From: Patescibacteria group bacterium
Lineage (GTDB): Bacteria; Patescibacteriota; Minisyncoccia; UBA6257; HR35
Reading direction: 5' to 3'
Assembly (NCBI GenBank): GCA_030549845.1
Contig: JAUQQN010000002.1
Coordinates: 53,307 to 117,306, forward strand
Length of the DNA: 64,000 nucleotides
Shown: positions 38,321 to 46,848 of the stretch, in pieces
How the letters are laid out: the number at the start of each line of letters is the position of its first letter
Position numbering within the stretch: position 1 is the stretch's first letter
The notes under the pieces: model-generated
Told to the model about the DNA's origin: nothing
Seen by the model: the letters and a program-made list of their open reading frames with translations, nothing else
Databases searched by the model: none
Made by a program: the position numbers and the translations under genes

Positions 38321-39454
38321 GTGATAATTAGATTAAAGAAAACATTAACCTTATTAATAATTAGTGGAGTTTTCTTTTTAGGTAGTTTATTTATTATTGA
38401 ACTGAAACTTTTAAATCGAGATAAATTCGCACACAACTATTCTTCTTTCATTCAAAACAAAACTATATTACAAGAGAAAAAGAAAATAACTCTTAGAGAA
38501 AAACTTGGACAAAATTTAGTAGTTGGAATTCCAGGCCCTACGCTCGATGAAAGAACAAAAGAAATTTTGCATTACATTAAACCAGCTGGAATTGTGTTAT
38601 ATCGTCGGAATTATAAATCCTATTCTCAACTTAAAGATTTAATTTCCCAGTTACAAAAAATTTCAAATGAAGATACTGGGCTTTTTTATTTCATTATGTT
38701 AGATGAAGAACCAGACGGCGCAATGCGTCTCGGTTTACTTAAAAATGTCTTTCCTCTAGAAATACCTGACTGGAAAACTATTGAAAATGATATTAGAATT
38801 TTGGCAGATATAGGAATTAATGTTGAGCTAGCGCCTATCGCAGATTTTCCATTTAATAACGATGCATTTGTTAAAAGACGAGTTCCAGTAAAGAGTGTCG
38901 AAGACTTAATAGCATTTAATAGAACATTTATCAGCTTACTTAAAGAATATAGAATTTCAGCTACTTTAAAACATTTTCCCGGTATGGGAATTTTTATCGA
39001 AGATCCTCACGAAAAGATCCCTCATTCAAATATCCAACAAGAAGTTCTTAATAAATCGTTAAAGATTTTTAAAGATGGGATTGAGAATGGGGCTGATTTT
39101 GTTATGACAGGTCACGCAGTATATGAAAATATAGACCCTAATAACCCGGCAACATTTTCTTCTAAAATAGTAAGAGACCTTTTAATACATCAACTCGGTT
39201 TTCAAGGAATTATTATTACCGATGATCTTTCAGATATGCCCCTGGCTATAAAAGGAATAAATCTTGCAGAGGCTGGTATTAGAGCGCTTAAGGCAGGTCA
39301 TCATTTGATAATGTATTCACACAAATTAGAAAAAACAAAAGATATTTTTGATAAAATATATCGCCGCATAGAAAACGATTTTGAATTGCAATCAATTATT
39401 GAGAGTAATTATCAGAAAATTATTGAATTTAAAAAATCTATCTTCTCATATTAA
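38321..39454 (+). CDS. Glycoside hydrolase family 3 N-terminal domain protein (NagZ-like beta-N-acetylhexosaminidase); GTG start
   Basis: KHFPGMG (KHFPGHG motif), MLDEEPDGAMRLG, ELAPIADFP, VMTGHAVY. N-terminal TM anchor. Confidence 0.75.
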   Translation: MIIRLKKTLTLLIISGVFFLGSLFIIELKLLNRDKFAHNYSSFIQNKTILQEKKKITLREKLGQNLVVGIPGPTLDERTKEILHYIKPAGIVLYRRNYKSYSQLKDLISQLQKISNEDTGLFYFIMLDEEPDGAMRLGLLKNVFPLEIPDWKTIENDIRILADIGINVELAPIADFPFNNDAFVKRRVPVKSVEDLIAFNRTFISLLKEYRISATLKHFPGMGIFIEDPHEKIPHSNIQQEVLNKSLKIFKDGIENGADFVMTGHAVYENIDPNNPATFSSKIVRDLLIHQLGFQGIIITDDLSDMPLAIKGINLAEAGIRALKAGHHLIMYSHKLEKTKDIFDKIYRRIENDFELQSIIESNYQKIIEFKKSIFSY

Positions 39455-39712
39455 AAGTTAGCGTAATAAAAATAAAAAACTTGTCATTGCAAAACAACAA
39501 ATCTGAAGATAGGTTTTCTCGAAAAAACACCATTTTAAAATGCTAAAGTCAATGACAATTCTTCTAAAACCCCAAGTTTCAGACGTAGGCTTAATGCAGA
39601 GTCTCTGCCTCCGTTCTTGAAAATAAAATAAGGGCGAGGGAATTAGCTGGCTTTCAATCTTACATTAAGTTCGTTGGAAATTTGATAACAAACCCATTAT
39701 TGCATTTTAGGT

Positions 39713-39754
39713 TAATTAAAGAAATTTGCGAACTCGAAAAAAGTAAGAATTTAT
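39713..39754 (+). repeat. Direct repeat copy B (42 bp)
   Basis: ttaattaaagaaatttgcgaactcgaaaaaagtaagaattta; it lies in a short remnant ORF ending ...RLIKEICELEKSKNLSEF. Confidence 0.8.
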
Positions 39755-39929
39755 CTGAATTTTAAAATTCTATGGTGCCAATAAGAAAGTTGTAATTGCC
39801 ATATCTATCAGTATACATACAATAGATTTACTCCCAGCATTTTTATTCTATTTTTCCATACAACTTCTCTAATAATTCTTTCACTTTTACATTTCATTAC
39901 TTTTATCTCTAAATCCTGCCTTTATTCAA

Positions 39930-40703
39930 TTAAATATGAATGCCAAAGTAAATCAAAATATATTTCAATGAGACATAGAAAAACAAAAGACCAAACAAGA
40001 ATTTCAAGATATTTGGTTTGAATTTTGCTACGAGCTTTGCGCCATAAATTGCGCCGATTAAAGCGCCGATACCCAAAGCAATTGCTACTGGAATATCAAC
40101 AACACCTTGAAAAAGTTTAAAGAAAGCACCCACCAAGGCCATCCAGACAAAAGCAGCCATTGAAGTACCAATTGCCAGCTTTACTGGTGCTTTCAAAAAA
40201 TAGATGTAAGAAGGGACTAAAGCATAACCACCTCCAAGACCGATAATGCCAGTTAAAATGCCAATAGCTGAACCTAAAATTGTTTTTACTAGCGGCTTAC
40301 CTGGAATTTCCACACCTTGCACAGTTTGGCTTTTAGTAAATAATCCTTCATAAAGCATTCGGACCGAAACGATGATAAAAGCAATACCAATAATCAAGTC
40401 AATTAAATTACCGTAATGTTTAATATAACCAAAAACAATTGAACCAATAATTACACCCAAAATTCCTGCATAACCAGTTAAAAGTGCTGTTTCTTTATCA
40501 ACATTTTTCATTTTAAAATGCTGATAAGCACCCGATGCGGCAGTAAAAACTACTGCCGTTAAAGTTGTACCAATAGCAACTGCTGGATCAAAATGAAAAA
40601 CAAAACGAATAACTGGCATTATTAAAGCACAACCTCCAGTACCTAAAAGCCCGCCGATAACTCCAGCCAAGAAACCGGTGATAAGATAAATTAAGTAAAT
40701 CAT
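39930..40703 (-). CDS. TSUP (TauE/SafE) family anion exporter
   Basis: 257 aa, eight TM helices, internal twofold repeat with GxGGG-like motifs (GGLLGTGG / IGLGGGY). Confidence 0.8.
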   Translation of the reverse strand: MIYLIYLITGFLAGVIGGLLGTGGCALIMPVIRFVFHFDPAVAIGTTLTAVVFTAASGAYQHFKMKNVDKETALLTGYAGILGVIIGSIVFGYIKHYGNLIDLIIGIAFIIVSVRMLYEGLFTKSQTVQGVEIPGKPLVKTILGSAIGILTGIIGLGGGYALVPSYIYFLKAPVKLAIGTSMAAFVWMALVGAFFKLFQGVVDIPVAIALGIGALIGAIYGAKLVAKFKPNILKFLFGLLFFYVSLKYILIYFGIHI

Positions 40704-40863
40704 AATTTCTCTTTCTAGTTTTTAATTCCAGAAAAACTCGGAAATTATTAAAATAATTAATGATATATCAAAACTTTCAAAAATTACCAAAGAATTAAAT
40801 ATAGTTTTAATTACTTTAAACAACTACTGAATTAACAAAATTTCAAACAACGTCACTAAATTA

Positions 40864-41526
40864 TTATAATAAACCTTTTTCTTTTAACCTTTTTAATAAC
40901 CTTTCTAACCCCTCAACAATATATTCAACATGAAGAGCGCCGCAAGAAACTAAAATCTTAGCATTAGGATTTTCGCTTAATATGTTATTAATTTTCTCTA
41001 CCGTAACTCTACTTCTTTCTGGTATCATAATTGTAGCTATTATTTCTGCTATTTGTTTCTCTCCTAAATTGAATTGCTTTAGATAATTCTTTAAATAATC
41101 AACCATGTGTTTGTGTTTAAATAATATCCATTCTCGCATCTTTGCTCCACTCATATCACCAGCAATAACCCTTACTTTATTCTTCTTGGCTTCTTCTACT
41201 AACTTTTGATAATCGATAGAAAGTTTTTCAAGTTGAGAAATTTCTACTATTTTGTCCTGTACAAATTCATCAAGGGTTTGTTGCATATCTTCAGAAAGTT
41301 CTAAAATTAAATGAGTATACTGCCCACTTTGCAAAGCAACTATTAATTCAAAAACACGAGGTCGATCGTGAAATTCACCAAAAATATGCACATTACCAAT
41401 TTCAATGAACTCCTTAGAAATTTCTTCTAGGGTTTTTCCTTTTATTTCAATGAGTTTCTTAGAAATTTCTTCTAGAGAAATTCCTGCTAGAGTTTTTCCT
41501 TTTTTGCCTTCTCCAAATTCTTTCAT
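40864..41526 (-). CDS. ChaN-like (Tiki/TraB/GumN superfamily) protein
   Basis: GNVHIFGEFHDRPRVFELIVAL (GExHd-type motif) and VSCGALHV near the C-terminus. The N-terminal region has an internal tandem peptide repeat. Confidence 0.4.
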   Translation of the reverse strand: MKEFGEGKKGKTLAGISLEEISKKLIEIKGKTLEEISKEFIEIGNVHIFGEFHDRPRVFELIVALQSGQYTHLILELSEDMQQTLDEFVQDKIVEISQLEKLSIDYQKLVEEAKKNKVRVIAGDMSGAKMREWILFKHKHMVDYLKNYLKQFNLGEKQIAEIIATIMIPERSRVTVEKINNILSENPNAKILVSCGALHVEYIVEGLERLLKRLKEKGLL

Positions 41527-41661
41527 ATTTTAATTATTGTTTATTTTAATCATTTTTTGGTTTCGACCTTTATTATCTTTTATTTTTAGCAATTTTTCGA
41601 TTTCACTCATAATAATCTAAATTATACCTCAATTTCTTATGCGCGGAGGCTAGGTAAAGAC

Positions 41662-41689
41662 TTGACAAATTTTGAAAATATGGTGTAAT
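41662..41689 (+). promoter_or_regulatory. Sigma70-like promoter (TTGACA-N16-TGTAAT) for the GC-rich ORF
   Basis: Consensus -35 TTGACA at 41662-41667, 16-nt spacer, -10 TGTAAT at 41684-41689, then a perfect SD AAAGGAGGTG at 41706-41715, 6 nt before the ATG. Confidence 0.5.
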
Positions 41690-41721
41690 TTTAAATGGTA
41701 AACTAAAAGGAGGTGTTTGGA

Positions 41722-42120
41722 ATGAAGATTATCAATTTGACCCCTCATCCCTGTGTCATCCTGCGGGAAGACCCGCAGGGGGACATCGAAGGTGTCGAAG
41801 GTGTAGGGAGTGAAGTTCGCCGCTACAGAAAAATCGCAGAATTGCCACCGTCCGGCAAGGTGGCACGCGCCAGTCAAAAGGAAGAAATTGCTGGTTTCAT
41901 TTTGGTTAACGACGTGGAGGTCCCCGTAGTCAGAATGACTTACGGGGAACCCATCAATTTACCAGAGCCAAAAGAAGGAGTAGTTTATTTTGTCTCCCTC
42001 CTCACAGCCCAGGCTGCGGCGGCCACCGGACGCCGGACAGATGACTTAGTGTTTGCTGGGAAAACAGTTAGGAGTAAGGAGGGCTCAATAATCGGTATAA
42101 CTTCCTTCGGTAAATTATGA
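41722..42120 (+). CDS. GC-rich (about 50% GC) 133-aa hypothetical protein of likely foreign origin
   Basis: MKIINLTPHPCVILREDPQGDIEGVEGVGSEVRRYRKIAELPPSGKVARASQKEEIAGFILVNDVEVPVVRMTYGEPINLPEPKEGVVYFVSLLTAQAAAATGRRTD... with codon usage unlike the AT-rich host. Has its own promoter, SD and terminator. Confidence 0.55.
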   Translation: MKIINLTPHPCVILREDPQGDIEGVEGVGSEVRRYRKIAELPPSGKVARASQKEEIAGFILVNDVEVPVVRMTYGEPINLPEPKEGVVYFVSLLTAQAAAATGRRTDDLVFAGKTVRSKEGSIIGITSFGKL

Positions 42121-42143
42121 TGATGAGAAGTTGCAGGTTTCAA

Positions 42144-42172
42144 GGGAGCCTAAGAAAGGGCTCCCATTTTTT
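42144..42172 (+). terminator. Rho-independent terminator
   Basis: GGGAGCC-TAAGAAA-GGCTCCC followed by ATTTTTT. Confidence 0.7.
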
Positions 42173-42432
42173 CAGTCAAAAAAGAGTATTCGGTTCTCTT
42201 TTTCATGTTTTAGGTTGAAAATAGAATAAGAATTTTAGGTTATTAAGTTCAAATAAAAATAGCCAATTGAAAAACTATAATTTGCGATAGATGTCTTTAC
42301 CTTTTTGATGTGGAGCCAACAACCTCAAGAATTAGCCTTAAATTGTGATTCTTAAATTAAATTAGATAAATTGTGCTATAACTGATTGATTATCAATTAA
42401 TAGAACTGACTTTTAATTTCTCAGCCTCTTTG

Positions 42433-42504
42433 CTCCGGGGGCAGGATTCGAACCTGCGACATCCTGGTTAACAGCCAGGCGTTCTACCGCTGAACTACCC
42501 CGGA
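42433..42504 (-). tRNA. tRNA-Asn (anticodon GTT)
   Basis: 72 nt. U1:A72 and G73. Anticodon loop CTGTTAA. T-loop TTCGAAT. Confidence 0.8.
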
Positions 42505-42533
42505 GTAATAATCAAATAAAATTATAATTCAAA

Positions 42534-42623
42534 TTAATACAAATCAATACTGGCAATTATTTCAAAATTGCCGCATTGAGAACAGCGAGAAGGTGTCTTT
42601 TTATTTCTGCGTTTCTTTGCCAT
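42534..42623 (-). CDS. Possible 29-aa basic CxxC peptide
   Basis: MAKKRRNKKTPSRCSQCGNFEIIASIDLY, preceded about 25 nt upstream by the recurrent AAGGTCGAAAT motif. Only two Cys, so not a complete zinc ribbon. Confidence 0.25.
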   Translation of the reverse strand: MAKKRRNKKTPSRCSQCGNFEIIASIDLY

Positions 42624-43196
42624 TTCTATTCCTATATTATTCTAAATTTCGACCTTTTAAAGTTTATTTTTATTTATAGTAAAGCATCTAATAACATTTT
42701 ACCAAATTTTTCACCAGATTGTAGACCATTAGTAGTAACTAAATAAATTACCATTACGAATAATATTTTCATCTGCATACTTCTACTTATCCCATTTTCT
42801 TCTTAAGATACCGACTTTAGCTAAAATTGTTGGTGCTATTTAGATAGCTGCTAATTTTTATTTAACTCAATAATTCCTAAGCAATCTTATAATTAGTCTC
42901 ATTATTTAAATTTTCTAAGGCTACTGACAACGATAATTTGGTGATCAGATTTTTTTTTAAAAAATCTCAGCAAGCATAAAAAATCCCTCAGCTCGAAAAC
43001 CTTCTTTGGTAATAATAAAAGCAATTTTTTCATTAGCATTTTGTGACTTATAATATTAGGCAGAGAAAAATTAAAAAATTATAAATTTGGCTATATTTTC
43101 TTTGAAGATAATTTAAAAGGCATTAGTTGGTGGCGGAAGAATTTAACGTTTTTTTCAATGGTTAAATTTTATTTAGATTAAACTCTAAACGAGATT

Positions 43197-44186
43197 TTAT
43201 ATCCGAAAATTTCTTTTAACATATAACCAGAACTTAAATATAACTAAACCAAATACAATAATTAAAATACCAACAATCATAATTTTAATTAAAACCTGAA
43301 CAGAAACGATGATAAAAGGAATTAGTTCGGTAAAATTTAAAATAGCGTGAATAGAATCATTAATAACTAATTTAATTTTCTCGTTAATAGCTTCCTTATA
43401 ATCACTGACTACAATTTTAAATGGTTTTGTTTGATTAAGATTAATTGAAAAAACTGAATATTCTCCTTGTTGCATTTTTTCTTCAACAATACCTTGTAAA
43501 CTTCTCATTCTTGAAACTAAATTCATTTTTTCGTTATTAATTTTCATCAAAAGATTAATTTTTCGTTCGCTTGTCTCCATATTTAAAGTTTCTTTTTCAA
43601 TTTGATTTAAATTATTTAAAGTTTGGCGAATAATATCCAGTTCATTTAACTCTTGTTTAGTTGAAATTTTGTAATTTTTAACATATGAATTGCGAACATC
43701 AAAATTTTTTAAAAGGAAATTAAAGAATTCATCAAATTTATTAGTAGGAACATAGGCGGAAATTTTTACATTTATTTTTTCATAATCTTCAGTTTTATAA
43801 TAATCACCAATAAAGCCGTTATAACTTTCTGTTTTTTGTTTTATCGTTTCATAATCCTTATCCACTGATTGAGATTTTATAGAGATATCGCCTTCTTTAA
43901 TTTCTATTTTTGTTTGATCTTTTAAGGAAGAAGGTGATAGGAATGGAGCAAAAGAAGATTCTAATTTAGCTGGACTTGGAAGTTCAAAAGATGGGGTAGA
44001 TAAGGTTTTAAAAGATGGATAATCAGTTCCTCTATAATAATCTAATCGTCTCGAAGCGTTAAAATTTTGAAAATTTAAATAGGTATAAGTAAAAAATAAT
44101 ACTAGCAAGATAATTATAATTCCAGTTATAATCTTTATGAAAAGAGGTAATTTTTTAATTTTTTCAAGAATATTTTTCTCTTCCAT
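43197..44186 (-). CDS. Membrane protein anchored at both ends with a coiled-coil middle (DUF4349-like architecture)
   Basis: N-terminal and C-terminal TM helices, with a central coiled region (NELDIIRQTLNNLNQIEKETLNMETSERKINLLMK). Confidence 0.35.
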   Translation of the reverse strand: MEEKNILEKIKKLPLFIKIITGIIIILLVLFFTYTYLNFQNFNASRRLDYYRGTDYPSFKTLSTPSFELPSPAKLESSFAPFLSPSSLKDQTKIEIKEGDISIKSQSVDKDYETIKQKTESYNGFIGDYYKTEDYEKINVKISAYVPTNKFDEFFNFLLKNFDVRNSYVKNYKISTKQELNELDIIRQTLNNLNQIEKETLNMETSERKINLLMKINNEKMNLVSRMRSLQGIVEEKMQQGEYSVFSINLNQTKPFKIVVSDYKEAINEKIKLVINDSIHAILNFTELIPFIIVSVQVLIKIMIVGILIIVFGLVIFKFWLYVKRNFRI

Positions 44187-44621
44187 TGTTCATTATTAAG
44201 TTCAATTAATTTTTTGACTCTCTCAAAATTATTTTACTCTAAATTTTATAAATTTAAAAAACAATGGAAAGGAAACTTAAAAATCTCGATTGAATTTAGG
44301 ATAAAATTAAGTGTTAAAAACGTTATCAACTCTTTAACAAACATGTTTGGCCTTTTAAAATAGATACTTGCTGACTTTTGAGGATATATTATTTTTATCA
44401 GACCAATTTTATGGTAGCCTCGATAAACAATTAAGTTTGTTCAAAATTTAAATCAATTATTATAGTGTAAATTTATAATTTATTTAGTTAAATAATATTT
44501 ATTCAGTTTAAATATTAATATTTAAAAAATAAAATAATATAGAAAAAATAGAAAAGTAATAAACTAACATTTATAGTAAAGTTTAAAGACATCTTGGGGA
44601 TTTTTAACTATAATATTATTA

Positions 44622-45302
44622 TTAAAAAATCAAAGTTCCTATAAATTGTTTCCCTTCTATGCATTTAATAAAATTTGATAAATTTTTGCCATTAAGAATA
44701 TAAACTTTGAATTTAAGTTTTTTAGCAAGCCTTGAAGCAACAGGATCAAAAGGAGAAGACATTCCAGGTTTCCAATCTTTTTCTATCATTTTTAAATAGT
44801 TATCCCAGCTTAATTTTCTAAAGGGTTTTGCATCTTTATATTTTCTAGGATCTTTATCGTATACATAATCAACGTTTGTCAGATTAATTATGGTATTTGA
44901 ACCATATGTTTTTGCAAGTAAAACCGCATCATAATCAGTACTAAATCCTGGTTTCCAACCAGCGGCTATTAAAATTTTTTCTTTAAAATCAAATTTTTTT
45001 CTGGGGTTTTTAGCAAATCTGAAATGAGCATATTCTCTAAAAATAGTAAGTAAAAGATGTGCATTTAATCTTGTTGAATGTATTCCTAACCAATCTAGAT
45101 CTTCATTAGACGGATTTGATAATTGTTTAGCTGTGGTTTGGTATTTCCTTGCAATTTTACCACCTCCAACAATTATAATAAACCTCTTTCCTTTCTGGAT
45201 TTCTTTTGTAATAACTTCTTTAAATTTATTTAAAAAATTAATATCAATTTCATTTGGCACTATTAAACTACCTCCTAATGAAATGACAAATAATTTGCCC
45301 AT
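44622..45302 (-). CDS. pyrH: UMP kinase (amino-acid kinase fold, short/archaeal-type)
   Basis: LFVISLGGSLI...RFIIIVGGGKIARKY...; 226-aa length. Confidence 0.65.
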   Translation of the reverse strand: MGKLFVISLGGSLIVPNEIDINFLNKFKEVITKEIQKGKRFIIIVGGGKIARKYQTTAKQLSNPSNEDLDWLGIHSTRLNAHLLLTIFREYAHFRFAKNPRKKFDFKEKILIAAGWKPGFSTDYDAVLLAKTYGSNTIINLTNVDYVYDKDPRKYKDAKPFRKLSWDNYLKMIEKDWKPGMSSPFDPVASRLAKKLKFKVYILNGKNLSNFIKCIEGKQFIGTLIF

Positions 45303-45312
45303 TTATTTTGAT

Positions 45313-46830
45313 TTATGGTAAATTATAAAGCTTATTATATTTATTCTTGATATAAGATAAAAATGGTTCAGCAGAAAACTCTTTACCGCATATCTTTGAA
45401 ATCAAATCCTTTGAAGGATAAGTTTTGCCATATTTGTGGATTTTTTCTTTTAACCAATTTTGAATTCTGAGTATACCATTTTCTTCTTTTAACAATTCTT
45501 CTATTACCCCTAATTCATTTTGCAAAGCTTCTAACCACATTCCTGATAAAAATGTACCGAGAGAATAAGTTGGAAAATACCCTATTGCCCCCATTGACCA
45601 ATGAATATCTTGTAAAACCCCTTCTTTATCATTATCAACATCCACATCCAAATACTCTTTCATTTTTGCTCGCCAAATTTCTGGTAATTCATTAACCTTA
45701 ATTTTTTCTTCCAATAGCCCTTTTTCTAATTCAAATCTCAAAATAATATGAAAGTGATAAGTAACTTCATCTGCTTCAACTCTTATTTTTTCTGGTCTTA
45801 CAATATTGAAATATAAAACAAAATCTTCAAATGAATATTTCTTTAAAAATAATAAAAATTCTTTTGCTTTTTCAAAAATTTTTGCTAAAAATATTGGATT
45901 TCTTCCAATAATATTTTCCCAAAACCTTGATTGAGATTCATGAAAGGCATAAGATAGACCTCCTTGCAAAGGTGTAAATTTCAGTTCTGGATCAACTTGA
46001 AGCTCATATAAAGAATGTCCAAATTCATGAATTGTTGCTGTTAAACTTCTACGAAAATCTTTTGGGTGATACCAGGTGGTTATTCGAACATCATTTAAGG
46101 AAATAGCAGTTTCAAAGGGGTGAGGAGCAATATCCAATCGAGAGCGAGCAGGATTGAAATTTAGTAGACTTAATACATAATAATTCAATTTTTCCATTTG
46201 TTCTTTCTCATATTTCTCCTCTTCTAAAGGATGTTTTTCTTTATAAAATGGTGAGTTTCTTATTTGATTAAATAAATCTTTTAATGGTTTCTTTATAACT
46301 TCAAAAAAGTTTTCAAAGTCCTTGGTTGTCCAACCTTCTTCAAATAAATCTATTAAAGCATCATATGGGTGTTCTTCATATCCTAAATATTCTGCTTTTT
46401 TCTTTATTAACTCAACAATTTTCTCCAAATGAGGTTTAAATTTTTCGAAATTGTTTTCTTTTTTAGCATTTCGCCAAATAATTTGAGCTTCGTTTGTTAC
46501 TTTATTAAATTTTTCAATAAATTCATTTGGTAATTTTTCAATGATATTAATTTCTCTTTCCAAAACCCTTACTACACCTTTTTCATAATCATTTAACTTT
46601 TCTAAATTTTCTTTTGCTTTTTCTAATAACTTTTTCAATTTTTTATCTAAAATCAAGTTTTTAATAAGCAGATTAACCTTACCCAAAACAAACCCCCTGT
46701 CTTCCGCCGAGCTCTCTGGCATATAGGTATTTAAATCCCAATCAGCCAAAGATATCAAGCTTTCTAAAGAGCTTATATAATAATATTTGTTTAAAATATT
46801 TTTAATAATTTTATTTTGGAATTTCATCAA
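45313..46830 (-). CDS. Carboxypeptidase Taq (M32) metallopeptidase
   Basis: HEFGHSLY (HExxH), AFHESQSRFWEN (HESQS), IAPHPFETA (HPF), GVLQDIHWS (DxHW). Confidence 0.9.
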   Translation of the reverse strand: MMKFQNKIIKNILNKYYYISSLESLISLADWDLNTYMPESSAEDRGFVLGKVNLLIKNLILDKKLKKLLEKAKENLEKLNDYEKGVVRVLEREINIIEKLPNEFIEKFNKVTNEAQIIWRNAKKENNFEKFKPHLEKIVELIKKKAEYLGYEEHPYDALIDLFEEGWTTKDFENFFEVIKKPLKDLFNQIRNSPFYKEKHPLEEEKYEKEQMEKLNYYVLSLLNFNPARSRLDIAPHPFETAISLNDVRITTWYHPKDFRRSLTATIHEFGHSLYELQVDPELKFTPLQGGLSYAFHESQSRFWENIIGRNPIFLAKIFEKAKEFLLFLKKYSFEDFVLYFNIVRPEKIRVEADEVTYHFHIILRFELEKGLLEEKIKVNELPEIWRAKMKEYLDVDVDNDKEGVLQDIHWSMGAIGYFPTYSLGTFLSGMWLEALQNELGVIEELLKEENGILRIQNWLKEKIHKYGKTYPSKDLISKICGKEFSAEPFLSYIKNKYNKLYNLP

Positions 46831-46848
46831 TTAATATTATATATAAAA

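Noticed and set aside
39480-39561. 9-bp inverted repeat TTGTCATTG / CAATGACAA separated by about 64 bp downstream of the GH3 gene
   Set aside because: It is short and AT-rich with no T-tract, and may be chance; noted only as a possible weak terminator.
41650-41877. Minus-strand 75-aa ORF overlapping the GC-rich cassette
   Set aside because: It is antisense to the plus-strand ORF, which has a clear promoter, SD and terminator, so it is a shadow ORF.
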